A stretch of DNA of 32,000 nucleotides from Desulfocapsa sulfexigens DSM 10523. Its GTDB lineage: Bacteria; Desulfobacterota; Desulfobulbia; Desulfobulbales; Desulfocapsaceae. The position numbers were made by a program, and so were the translations under genes. Positions 1-8,885 of the stretch are shown here, in pieces. The DNA lies in the NCBI RefSeq assembly GCF_000341395.1, contig NC_020304.1, positions 3,150,001 through 3,182,000 of the forward strand, in the 5' to 3' direction. The notes under the pieces were generated by a model, which worked only from the letters and a program-made list of their open reading frames with translations, was not told the DNA's origin and searched no databases. Every line of letters begins with the position of its first letter. The first letter of the stretch is position 1.

Positions 1-2
1 TT

Positions 3-1013
3 TTCGATATTTCTGGCAGAGGTCTCTACGCAAATCCGGCAGCTGAAAGACTCCTTGGATACAGTGATGATGAATTTCTGCAAAAACCACTCGTTTTTGC
101 CCTTTGCAGGAAAGACCGTCATATTGTTAAAGAAGAGATTTCCATGCTCCTTACTACCAATCAGGCTCCTCACCCGAGAGAGGTGAGAGTACAGAAAAAG
201 AATCTGGAATATCTTGATATGGAGATGAATCTCTTCTGTATAGATCTTTCAGGGGGAGAACGTATTATTGGCTCGATGATCCGAGATATTAGCCAGCGTA
301 AAATTGCCGAAGAAAAACTCCGTCTCTCCGAAAAAAGACTCGGTGATCTTTCTGCCATGCTGATCACAGCACAGGATGATGAACGGCGTCGCCTGGCAAT
401 GGAATTACACGACGAATTCGGTCAATCTCTTGCTGCTCTTAAATTACAGATAAGAGGCATGGAAAATAGCCTTCACAATAATAATGAATTTCATAAGGAT
501 AAAATAATAGAGGCATTACGTGAGTTACGACAATATGTGAATATGCAGATAGAAGACGTGAGAAGTCTCTCACGGGAACTCTGGCCTATGATGGTTGATC
601 ATCTTGGGGTTGATGCAGCATTTGAGAACCTTATTGGAGGGTTTCTAGGACATGCTGAAGTGGAAATCGATGTTAACATGGAACACCTCGGTCGGTTTTT
701 TCCGGTTGAGGAGCAGAGACATCTATACAGACTTCTGCAGGAATCGCTGAATAATGTTATTAAGCATGCCAATGCAACTGATATACAGGTTAGGGCAAGT
801 ATTGTTGGAGATGAGATAGTGCTGGCGGTACATGATAATGGCTGTGGATTTGATGTCGAAGCAGTTTCCACATCCACTGGCAAAACCAGGGGCATTGGTT
901 TACAGGCAATTGCTGAAAGAATGAAAATTTTATGTGGAAAAATGGAAATAAATTCCAGGCCTGGAATGGGGACATCCATTATCTTTACACTTGCTAAAAA
1001 TCGTAACTGCTAA
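3..1013 (+). CDS. Sensor histidine kinase, PAS + HisKA_3/HATPase_c (NarX/UhpB-like class), 5' end outside the window
   Basis: The reading frame of ORF 144..1013 stays open to the left edge (FDISGRGLYANPAAERLLGYSDDEFLQKP..., PAS-like). It then reads ERRRLAMELHDEFGQSLAALK (HisKA_3 H-box) and LLQESLNNVIKHANAT...DNGCGFD...GIGLQAIAERM (HATPase). Confidence 0.9.
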   Translation, partial: FDISGRGLYANPAAERLLGYSDDEFLQKPLVFALCRKDRHIVKEEISMLLTTNQAPHPREVRVQKKNLEYLDMEMNLFCIDLSGGERIIGSMIRDISQRKIAEEKLRLSEKRLGDLSAMLITAQDDERRRLAMELHDEFGQSLAALKLQIRGMENSLHNNNEFHKDKIIEALRELRQYVNMQIEDVRSLSRELWPMMVDHLGVDAAFENLIGGFLGHAEVEIDVNMEHLGRFFPVEEQRHLYRLLQESLNNVIKHANATDIQVRASIVGDEIVLAVHDNGCGFDVEAVSTSTGKTRGIGLQAIAERMKILCGKMEINSRPGMGTSIIFTLAKNRNC

Positions 1014-1489
1014 TGACAAGCATCACTGTTTATCTGAATACTGTATCTGAGACGGCAAAATTTGGGCATATTCTTGCTCGCCTTGCCCTTCCCGGAGATG
1101 TGATCTGCTTGAGTGGGGATCTCGGTGCAGGGAAAACCACACTCACCCAGCAATTGGCAAGGGGACTGGAAGTGCCGGAATCCTGTTATGTTACCAGTCC
1201 AAGCTTTTCAATCATGCAGGAATACCCCGGACGCATTCCTCTTTATCATTTCGATTTTTATCGTCTTTCTGATGAAACTGAAGTTGAAGATCTTGGTTTC
1301 GAAGAATTCTTTTATCATTCTGGATTGAGCGTGATAGAATGGTCTGAAAGGGCCGGATCGCTTATCCCGGACACACGACTGTTGCTGAAAATGACCATCG
1401 AAAATGAGTCGGCAAGAAGGGTTGAGATTGATTTCGGCAATGGTTCATGGGAAGAGCGTTTACGTTCATATCTTCCCCCTATGATATGA
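1013..1489 (+). CDS. tsaE: tRNA threonylcarbamoyladenosine biosynthesis ATPase TsaE
   Basis: Walker A GDLGAGKTTL, TSPSFSIMQEYPG, HFDFYRLSDETEVEDLGFEEFF and VIEWSERAG are TsaE/YjeE hallmarks. Confidence 0.93.
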   Translation: MTSITVYLNTVSETAKFGHILARLALPGDVICLSGDLGAGKTTLTQQLARGLEVPESCYVTSPSFSIMQEYPGRIPLYHFDFYRLSDETEVEDLGFEEFFYHSGLSVIEWSERAGSLIPDTRLLLKMTIENESARRVEIDFGNGSWEERLRSYLPPMI

Positions 1490-1549
1490 TCTGCCGCAGT
1501 GATTTGCAGATCTTGACAATTTATCCATCCACCGTTTTCCTGGAATGCT

Positions 1550-2752
1550 ATGGACGTTTTTGTTGCCAGACAGCCTATCTTTGATTCTCGTAAAAAGCTC
1601 TTTGCCTATGAATTGCTGTTTCGTACGGGGATGGCCAACGCCTTTCCAGATCTTGACGGGGAAACGGCAACCTCAAGTCTTCTCTCCTCATCCTTTTTTA
1701 CCGTTGGTATTGAACAGATATCCGGTGGGCACAGGTCTTTTATAAATTTCACTGAAGATCTGCTGTTAAAGGGTACCCCTGCCATGCTGCCTGCTGAAAA
1801 TGTAGTTGTAGAAGTGCTTGAAAATGTCAATCCGACGGAGGAGGTTAGGGAGGCCTGTAGAGAACTTGTTGCCAAGGGATACGATCTGGCTCTCGATGAT
1901 TTTGTGTTTACTGAAGAATGGCTCCCCCTCGTTAAAATCGCTAAGGTTATCAAGATCGATTTCCGTCTTACTCCGATTGCAGAAATAGAGAGTATAATTG
2001 AAACTGTCAAACCGTATAAATGCAAATTGCTGGCAGAAAAAATTGAAACCTATGATGAATTTCAGCAGGCCCTTGAGATGGGATTCGTGTACTTTCAGGG
2101 ATACTTCTTTGCTAAACCGGAGGTCCTCAGAAACAAGGATATTCCGTCGTCACAATTAACCCTGTTGCAATTGATCACCGAAGTGAACAGGACAGAATTT
2201 GATGTGAATACACTTGAAAAATTAATCAATCAGGACGTGTCAGTTTCTTTCAAGTTGTTGAAATATCTTAATTCTGCTTTTTTTTACAGGGTTCATCCAA
2301 TATCTTCAATTCGTCAGGCAATTGCCTTTCTTGGTGAACGTGGAGTACGGCAGTTTGTATCCCTGATAGCAACGAGCAAGCTTTCAGAATCCAAACCCTC
2401 CGAACTTCTCAGAACCTCAATTATTCGCGCTCGGATGCTCGAGTTGATAGCAGAGAGCCAGGGGAAATCAAACAGCTGTGATTTTTTCATGTTGGGGCTT
2501 TTTTCACTTATAGATGCAATGCTGGATAACAGCATGACATATTTGATGGAACAACTTCCCTTAACGGATTCTGTTAAAGATGCTCTGGCAAAACGTAGAG
2601 GGAATAAGCTTCCATATCTTCAAGCCGTTGAATCCTACGAAACTGGAAATTGGGAGAAATTTGAAGAGACTCTGGATTTGGTCGGAGCCGATCGTGACAG
2701 ATTTCCTGCATTTTATCTGGATGCTGTCGGCTGGGCAGATAGTTACCAATAG
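1550..2752 (+). CDS. EAL-like (degenerate) + HDOD domain protein, YuxH family
   Basis: N-terminus MDVFVARQPIFDSRKKLFAYELLFR. Degenerate EAL motifs (VEVLEN, LDDFVF, AEKIET). C-terminal HDOD-like region (QDVSVSFKLLKYLNSAFF...SIRQAIAFLGERGVRQFV). Confidence 0.88.
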   Translation: MDVFVARQPIFDSRKKLFAYELLFRTGMANAFPDLDGETATSSLLSSSFFTVGIEQISGGHRSFINFTEDLLLKGTPAMLPAENVVVEVLENVNPTEEVREACRELVAKGYDLALDDFVFTEEWLPLVKIAKVIKIDFRLTPIAEIESIIETVKPYKCKLLAEKIETYDEFQQALEMGFVYFQGYFFAKPEVLRNKDIPSSQLTLLQLITEVNRTEFDVNTLEKLINQDVSVSFKLLKYLNSAFFYRVHPISSIRQAIAFLGERGVRQFVSLIATSKLSESKPSELLRTSIIRARMLELIAESQGKSNSCDFFMLGLFSLIDAMLDNSMTYLMEQLPLTDSVKDALAKRRGNKLPYLQAVESYETGNWEKFEETLDLVGADRDRFPAFYLDAVGWADSYQ

Positions 2753-2917
2753 TATCATTTCTCTTCTTCAGTCCCTTCCTTTGCAAAATCAATTTATTTC
2801 TGTATAGTGCCACTCCTGTAAGGTGTTCCTACTTGCTCCTTCCCTGCATTCTATTTGAGAAAGTATAGGGAAAGGGGTTGTATTGCCCCCAGCCAACAAA
2901 AAAAAAGAGCTATATAC

Positions 2918-4663
2918 ATGGATAAAAAAGTAATTCGTCTTCGTGACTGTATGAAGACATATACCATAGATCAGGATAAGGCTATCAGCCCTGAAGAAAC
3001 AGTAACCCGCTTCAAGGATAAACTTGCACATTTGAACCTTGATATTCTTAAGGAAGTCAAACGTATAGATAACGGACGTCTTGGTATTCCCGTCTATTTT
3101 TCTGTCTGTGGTGAAGACGCAAGAAAAATGACAGGAACCAAAAAACAGATGGGTAAGGGGGCGTCTGCCATACAGGCCCAGGCATCAGCCTGTATGGAAC
3201 TTGCCGAAAGATTTTCCTTTTTTACTTTTAAGAATAATCCCGACAACTTTATTGTCGGTGATTATCAGGAAATGCGTGATCTTGGCTATCCTGTGCTTGA
3301 TACCAGTTACCTGCTGCAATCTGTCCACGATGAGAAACATGACAGCGATTTTCTGGAACAGATCCTTCGGGGTATCCCTATGCAGTGGACATGGGCCACC
3401 AATCTCAGGAGTGGTGAAGATGTTCTTATGCCATTTTCCTGGTTTTTTGCCATCAACGAATTTAATGGACCCTCTGCTGGGAACTCTTACGAAGAGGCCG
3501 CTCTCCAGGGAATTTGTGAAATTGTTGAACGGCATGTCTGTGCGCTTGTTACCCATGAAAAAATTAAAACTCCCCGTATCAATCATGAAAGCGTTACAGA
3601 TCCCATTGCCACTAAACTTCTTACTATTTTCAAGGACAATGAAATAGATCTCTATTTGAACGATTTTACACTTGATACCGGGATTTGTACCGTTGCCGCC
3701 CTTGCCATCGATCGCTCATCTTTCCCTGAACAGAGTGAGATTGTATACACCGCCGGAACAACTCCTGACCCTGAAAAAGCTTTGATTCGTGCAGTCACAG
3801 AGGTTGCCCAGCTTGCCGGTGATTTTAACAGCGGCTCAAATTATATCGCTTCTGGGTTACCCAAACCGCTTGCCATGGAAGAAGTTGCACATGTTGCAGA
3901 GAGTGGTATGGCTATAGATATTGCGAGTATTCCAAACCTTGGCGATGCAAATATCAAGACAGAGGTCGAAAATTGTGTCGCAGCACTTGCAGAGAAGGGA
4001 ATGGACACTTTTATGCTTGATGTTGTTCATCCTGATCTGAAAATCCCGGCCATCTATACGATTATACCTGGAGCTCATTTTCGTGAACGTTCCATGATTA
4101 AGGATGTTGGCCTGTTTGCATCAAAGCTTCTTGTTGAACGAATTGATGATCCCGAAGTGCTCGATAAGAGACTTGCAAGATTGGAAGGACTCATACCAGG
4201 TGCCTATTATCTCGATTTTTACAGAGGCCGGAATTTATATGAAAACGGACAGGCTGAGGCAGCACTTGTTCATTTCAGCAATGCCCTTGAATTAATTCCC
4301 GAACAGGAAGATCTTCCCTATGTCTACTCTTATATGGGGCTTTGCTACAGGGATCTTGGCCATTACGATGAGGCTCTTGCGGTACTCAAAAAAGGCTTGG
4401 AAGAAGATGAGGACCGGCCCGATATCTACAATACAATGGGAGTATGCTTCTTTAAGCTTGAGGACTATGCTTCCGCTGTGAAATGTTTTGAACGGGCAGT
4501 TGAACTGAATCCCTCTTCTGCCATGGATTATGCGAATTTAGGGGTCAATCACCGCAGGCTTGGGCATACAGATGAGGCTGTTCATTTTCTAAGCCTCGCA
4601 CTGTCTCTTGATCCCGATATTGAATTTGCTCAGCAGCAACTTGCCGAGTTACTGACTGATTAA
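2918..4663 (+). CDS. YcaO-domain protein with C-terminal TPR repeats
   Basis: YcaO-like core (GKGASAIQAQASACMELAERFSFF, SAGNSYEEAALQGICEIVERHVCA, PDPEKALIRAVTEVAQ) followed by several TPR units (YVYSYMGLCYRDLGHYDEALAVLKKGLE...). The track ORF starts at 2855; the internal ATG at 2918 (MDKKVIRLRDC) is the more likely start. Confidence 0.88.
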   Translation: MDKKVIRLRDCMKTYTIDQDKAISPEETVTRFKDKLAHLNLDILKEVKRIDNGRLGIPVYFSVCGEDARKMTGTKKQMGKGASAIQAQASACMELAERFSFFTFKNNPDNFIVGDYQEMRDLGYPVLDTSYLLQSVHDEKHDSDFLEQILRGIPMQWTWATNLRSGEDVLMPFSWFFAINEFNGPSAGNSYEEAALQGICEIVERHVCALVTHEKIKTPRINHESVTDPIATKLLTIFKDNEIDLYLNDFTLDTGICTVAALAIDRSSFPEQSEIVYTAGTTPDPEKALIRAVTEVAQLAGDFNSGSNYIASGLPKPLAMEEVAHVAESGMAIDIASIPNLGDANIKTEVENCVAALAEKGMDTFMLDVVHPDLKIPAIYTIIPGAHFRERSMIKDVGLFASKLLVERIDDPEVLDKRLARLEGLIPGAYYLDFYRGRNLYENGQAEAALVHFSNALELIPEQEDLPYVYSYMGLCYRDLGHYDEALAVLKKGLEEDEDRPDIYNTMGVCFFKLEDYASAVKCFERAVELNPSSAMDYANLGVNHRRLGHTDEAVHFLSLALSLDPDIEFAQQQLAELLTD

Positions 4664-4703
4664 GAGCACTGGAACGTATTTCCAGATAGCTCTGAGGTTT
4701 ATT

Positions 4704-5879
4704 ATGTTTACTAAAGCTTCTCTAATTGATTCGAATCCAAAAAAAATCCTGATCCGTTCCACCAACTGGATTGGTGACGCTGTGATGACGACCCCTGCCG
4801 TTCACACAATCAGGAAGAATTTTCCAGATGCTGAAATCACCATGCTTGCCGTACCCTGGGTCGCTGATATCTTCGGGGTAAGTCCCGATGTGGATCATCT
4901 TATTCTCTATGATAAAAAAAATCTGTATGCAGGAAAGCTGAAAGGCCCATTACAACTTGCAATAGAGCTTAAGAAGTACCGTTTTGACACCGCCATTCTT
5001 CTCCAAAACGCCTTTGAAGCTGCTTTTCTCGTGAAAATGGCAGGTATTCCTATACGGGCCGGTTATAGACGTGATGGGCGTGGGGTACTGCTTTCCCATG
5101 GTGTTCCTATCAGTGAGGCGACCAGAAAGAAGCACCAGGTACACTACTATCAGGATATGCTAAAAGCCCTTGGCCTGACTCCCGGGCCTGATCATCTTCG
5201 ATTACCACTACCTGATGACTTGATGCAGTGGGCGAAGACACTTGTAGAATGTCTTAAATATAAAAGCCCCGCCTTCATACTCGAGGAACAACTGGGTAAA
5301 GAATTACCAAGCCTTGCTGAGTTACAATCGGTAACAGCTGATGGTCCACCTGTGCCGGTAATAGGTTTTAACCCAGGGGCTGCGTTTGGCCCGGCAAAAC
5401 AGTGGCCCGTTGAAAAATTTGCACAGTTGGCAGCCATTATCAGTCATAATTACCAGGAAAGCGGATGTGTTATCATGGTTTTTGGAACAGAGGTGGATAG
5501 TGCGGCGGCCAGTAAGATAAGAGAATTTTCCATACGAACGCCTTTTCACGTTCAGGATATGACAGGGAAAACGAATCTGAAACAGGCCATGGCACTTATT
5601 AAGTGTTGTGACGCCTTTGTAACCAATGATTCCGGACTTATGCATGTCGCAGCCGGGCTTGGAACTCCCAGCATTGCAATATTTGGTTCAACTGATCATA
5701 TTGCCACCGGCCCCTATTCGGAAAATGCAATTATTGTAAGACGTGAAATGGAATGCAGTCCATGCATGCAGACACACTGTCCCAGGGGGCACCTGCAATG
5801 CCTTGAGTCAATCAGTTCCAAGGATGTGTACGAGGATCTTGTTACAATGCTTTCCCCAAAATTTCCTCCGAGTTCCTGA
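4704..5879 (+). CDS. waaF: ADP-heptose--LPS heptosyltransferase II
   Basis: KKILIRSTNWIGDAVMTTPAVHTIRKNFPDAEITML; GFNPGAAFGPAKQWP; TNDSGLMHVAAGLGTPSIAIFGSTD. Typical WaaF. Confidence 0.92.
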   Translation: MFTKASLIDSNPKKILIRSTNWIGDAVMTTPAVHTIRKNFPDAEITMLAVPWVADIFGVSPDVDHLILYDKKNLYAGKLKGPLQLAIELKKYRFDTAILLQNAFEAAFLVKMAGIPIRAGYRRDGRGVLLSHGVPISEATRKKHQVHYYQDMLKALGLTPGPDHLRLPLPDDLMQWAKTLVECLKYKSPAFILEEQLGKELPSLAELQSVTADGPPVPVIGFNPGAAFGPAKQWPVEKFAQLAAIISHNYQESGCVIMVFGTEVDSAAASKIREFSIRTPFHVQDMTGKTNLKQAMALIKCCDAFVTNDSGLMHVAAGLGTPSIAIFGSTDHIATGPYSENAIIVRREMECSPCMQTHCPRGHLQCLESISSKDVYEDLVTMLSPKFPPSS

Positions 5880-5893
5880 AATGGTGCAACACT

Positions 5894-6520
5894 ATGAAAT
5901 TTAAAGGAAAGGATGGTTCAAGGGCAGCGGTTTTCCTTGATCGTGATGGAACTATCAATGAACAGATGGGATATATTAATCACATCTGCCGTTTTCATCT
6001 GCTTCCAGGAGTCGGAGATGCAATAAAGAAACTCAATGATGCCGATATTCCTGTTGTTGTAATAAGCAATCAGTCTGGGCTTGCCCGTGGCTATTTTCCC
6101 GAAGAGTTGCTTATTGCAGTACATGAGAAGATGAACAGGCTACTTGCAGACGAAGGAGCCCATGTTGATGGAATTTATTATTGTCCACATCATCCTGAGG
6201 CCAAGGAAGAACGTTTTCGCGCAAATTGTAACTGCCGCAAGCCTAAAGCGGGGCTTGTCTATCAGGCATCCGAGGAGATGGGGCTTGATCCAGAAACTTC
6301 CTATGTCATTGGGGACAGATGGTCAGATATCAAGACAGCGGCCAACTGCGGTGCGACCTCCATTCTGGTACGTACGGGATATGGCAGGGGAGATGAACAG
6401 TATATCGGGCCACAGCAGGAAATTCAGCCGGATTTTAGGGCCGAGAATTTATCGGAAGCAGTAGACTGGATTCTTAGCAGGCAGAATATGCTTACGGTCG
6501 GTGTGGATAAGAAAGCCTGA
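5894..6520 (+). CDS. gmhB: D-glycero-beta-D-manno-heptose-1,7-bisphosphate 7-phosphatase
   Basis: HAD motifs FLDRDGTINE and VISNQSGLARGYF; Zn-binding-like YYCPHHPEAKEERFRANCNCRKPKAGL; VIGDRWSDIKTAANCG. Confidence 0.92.
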   Translation: MKFKGKDGSRAAVFLDRDGTINEQMGYINHICRFHLLPGVGDAIKKLNDADIPVVVISNQSGLARGYFPEELLIAVHEKMNRLLADEGAHVDGIYYCPHHPEAKEERFRANCNCRKPKAGLVYQASEEMGLDPETSYVIGDRWSDIKTAANCGATSILVRTGYGRGDEQYIGPQQEIQPDFRAENLSEAVDWILSRQNMLTVGVDKKA

Positions 6521-7427
6521 CCGCATTACTGTCCATCAGTGCATCGGCCCCATGGGGCATGGTCAGATTGTTCCTTCCATGCCCGATGGGGAAATTTCCC
6601 CAAACAGGCATCCCCGCAGCTTCGGTAAGTTCCAGAACACGCTTCCAGATCTCTTCATGGAAACGTATTTTTTCCAGACTGTCCTGTTCCTGGTTGATTG
6701 AAAAATCACCCAGGATGATTCCCGCCGGCTGGTTGATTTTGCCGCTATGCCACAGCTGGGTAAACATCCTGTCCAATCGGTACAGTGGTTCTCCAACATC
6801 TTCAAGAAAGACTATCTTTTTACTCCAATCCTGATCAATGGCTGTCGCCAGGATGCTTATCAAACTGCTGAGATTGCCACCAATAAGTTTTCCCCGCACA
6901 GGTGGCCCGTCACGCAGCACCTCTATTTGATGATTCTGCAGCGGTTTGTCCCAGTTTCCGCTGAGGCAGGCATAAAAATGCTGCAAGCTGTCCGAACTGA
7001 TTGATGAAAGAGTAGTGAGCATTGGCCCATGAAGCGTGATCAGATCATTCGTCTGATGAATGGCACTGTGGAGAATGGTAATATCCGAAAATCCTATAAG
7101 AAGTTTTCTTTCTTTTTTTATATCCTCAGGATTCAGAAAAGGAAGAAGCCGCAGGGAGCCAAAACCACCCCGAAGAGCTAGTAATGCAGATATCTCAGGA
7201 TCACTCCACATTCGGTGAAATTCGAGAGCGCGATTAGCATCGCTGTCAGCCAGATAGCCTTTTCCGGGCCAGAGGTTTCTTGGCAGACGCAGCTCAAAAC
7301 CCATATTCTGAAGAATCGCCATCCCCTGTTCAAGAGGCTTTGTGTCATGAATCTGACCTGCCGGTGCAATAATCCCTATGCAATCACCTGGCTGTAGCGG
7401 TGCTGGTAATCGGGAGTTATATGTCAT
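6492..7427 (-). CDS. LD-carboxypeptidase (peptidase S66 family)
   Basis: PGDCIGIIAPAG...ILALRGGFGSLRLLPFLN...LIGFSDITILHSAIHQ...LEDVGEPLYRLDRMFTQL...PIGHGRNNLTMPHG, the S66 LdcA-like signature set. Confidence 0.9.
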   Translation of the reverse strand: MTYNSRLPAPLQPGDCIGIIAPAGQIHDTKPLEQGMAILQNMGFELRLPRNLWPGKGYLADSDANRALEFHRMWSDPEISALLALRGGFGSLRLLPFLNPEDIKKERKLLIGFSDITILHSAIHQTNDLITLHGPMLTTLSSISSDSLQHFYACLSGNWDKPLQNHQIEVLRDGPPVRGKLIGGNLSSLISILATAIDQDWSKKIVFLEDVGEPLYRLDRMFTQLWHSGKINQPAGIILGDFSINQEQDSLEKIRFHEEIWKRVLELTEAAGMPVWGNFPIGHGRNNLTMPHGADALMDSNAVRLSYPHRP

Positions 7428-8214
7428 ATTGCTTATGGAAAAGGAGGTTCAGGCCCCGTAAAGTCAGTAGGGTGTCAACCGCTTCAATACGTTTACTGAA
7501 AGGGGCAATAAGATGAGCCATTCCACCCGTTGCAAGTACCCTCATCGGCTCTCTGTTGGGACAGAGTTCTTTGTGTATTTTTTCGGTCAAACCATCTATA
7601 AGTGCTCCATAACCGAAGAGAATACCACTTTTCATAGCATCAACGGTGTTCGTGCCAATAACATGGGGCGGGGGAGTTGTGACATCGATTCGAGGGAGTT
7701 TTGCCGTGCGAGTTGAGAGTGCATCAAGCGAAATGGCGATCCCTGGAAGAATGGTACCACCCAGATATTCACATTTTGCAGAGACACAATCAAAGGTGAT
7801 TGCGGTACCAAAGTCAATAATAATAAGATTCTGTCTGTACTGTTCCCAGGCGGCTATGGCATTGACCAGTCTGTCAGCTCCAACTTCTTCCGGGTAATCT
7901 GTGAGGATTTTGATCTGACTGGAAATACTCTCTGCGGAAACAACCAGTGGAGGATTGGTAAGATGTTTTGAAAAATAGGTGTTAATATAGGCAATCCAGG
8001 AAGATTCCAGTGCCGGAACCACACTTGCCAGAATAACACCGTCAATATCTGCCTTGTTTATGTCAGCCATTGAGAAGAGGGCATGATAGCGAATAGCCAG
8101 TTCATCATTCGGACGATCGGGGTCAGATTTTAAACGCCATTGTCCGACTAGTGTGTCTCCGTCAAAAAGTCCAGTTACGGTGTGGGTGTTGCCAACATCG
8201 ATTGTGAACAGCAT
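7417..8214 (-). CDS. coaX: Type III pantothenate kinase
   Basis: MLFTIDVGNTHTVTGLFDGD...GADRLVNAIAAW...IIDFGTAITFDCVSAKCEYLGGTILPGI. Typical CoaX. Confidence 0.94.
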   Translation of the reverse strand: MLFTIDVGNTHTVTGLFDGDTLVGQWRLKSDPDRPNDELAIRYHALFSMADINKADIDGVILASVVPALESSWIAYINTYFSKHLTNPPLVVSAESISSQIKILTDYPEEVGADRLVNAIAAWEQYRQNLIIIDFGTAITFDCVSAKCEYLGGTILPGIAISLDALSTRTAKLPRIDVTTPPPHVIGTNTVDAMKSGILFGYGALIDGLTEKIHKELCPNREPMRVLATGGMAHLIAPFSKRIEAVDTLLTLRGLNLLFHKQYDI

Positions 8215-8322
8215 AGGTTTCCTGGTGCAGGTTGAGATTTTATCTTGTGAAAATTAAGAATCCCTGTTAACTGCGAAGAGGGGATGTCTTTAATATATTA
8301 AAAAAGAAAACAATATAAAGCA

Positions 8323-8643
8323 ATGTCTGATCCTATACTTGTCTTAACAACATTTGAAGAAAAAGAAGAGGCTTTGCAGCTTGCGCGTATTCTTCTTGAA
8401 AAACGACTGGTTGCCTGTGCACAGATAGATTCACCCGTGGATTCGCTTTATTGGTGGAACGGGGTGATTACCCAAACGAAAGAATTCCGACTACTGATGA
8501 AGAGTCGCCACTCTTTATGGGATGAATTGGAAGCGGAAATCAGGAAACACCACTCCTACGATATTCCTGAAATAGTCGCTGTACCTCTTTCGCATACCAG
8601 TAGTGACTATCAGAACTGGCTCAATGAGGCTTTGAAGAGATGA
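8323..8643 (+). CDS. cutA: Divalent-cation tolerance protein CutA
   Basis: VLTTFEEKEEALQLARILLEKRLVACAQI...YWWNG...EFRLLMKSRHSLWDELEAEIRKHHSYDIPEIVAVPL. Confidence 0.93.
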   Translation: MSDPILVLTTFEEKEEALQLARILLEKRLVACAQIDSPVDSLYWWNGVITQTKEFRLLMKSRHSLWDELEAEIRKHHSYDIPEIVAVPLSHTSSDYQNWLNEALKR

Positions 8644-8858
8644 GTGGAGAGCAGGAAATACCTGAGAAAAAAAAATCCTACCGTCAAAGAAAACTTGGAA
8701 AATATGTCTGTCATTGCTGTAAGAAAGAACTTCCGTACTGTTTGAGCTGTCCCTGTGGCTTTATGATATGTGAAGATTGTTTTAAGGAAAACACATGGGG
8801 AATTTCCAACGGTCCTACCTGGATATGCCCTGATTGTGAACGGATTCGTATGACCTGA
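8640..8858 (+). CDS. Small cysteine-rich (zinc-ribbon-like) hypothetical protein
   Basis: 72 aa; starts inside the cutA stop region (4-bp overlap). Cys pairs CHCC, CLSCPC, CEDC and CPDC suggest metal binding. Confidence 0.6.
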   Translation: MSGEQEIPEKKKSYRQRKLGKYVCHCCKKELPYCLSCPCGFMICEDCFKENTWGISNGPTWICPDCERIRMT

Positions 8859-8885
8859 TTTTTCTATTTGTTGAAGAGGGAAAAG

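Noticed and set aside
2753-2917. Possible RiPP precursor peptide upstream of the YcaO gene.
   Set aside because: The gap contains no convincing small ORF with RBS and core-peptide features; only A-runs and a weak imperfect GGGAAAGG/CCTTCCC pairing.
3185-3647. Overlapping ORFs on both strands inside the YcaO gene (3185-3586 minus, 3201-3647 plus).
   Set aside because: Fully contained in a strongly supported gene in a different frame; no motif resemblance. The same reasoning applies to other shadow ORFs, e.g. 18811-19221 and 12072-11779.
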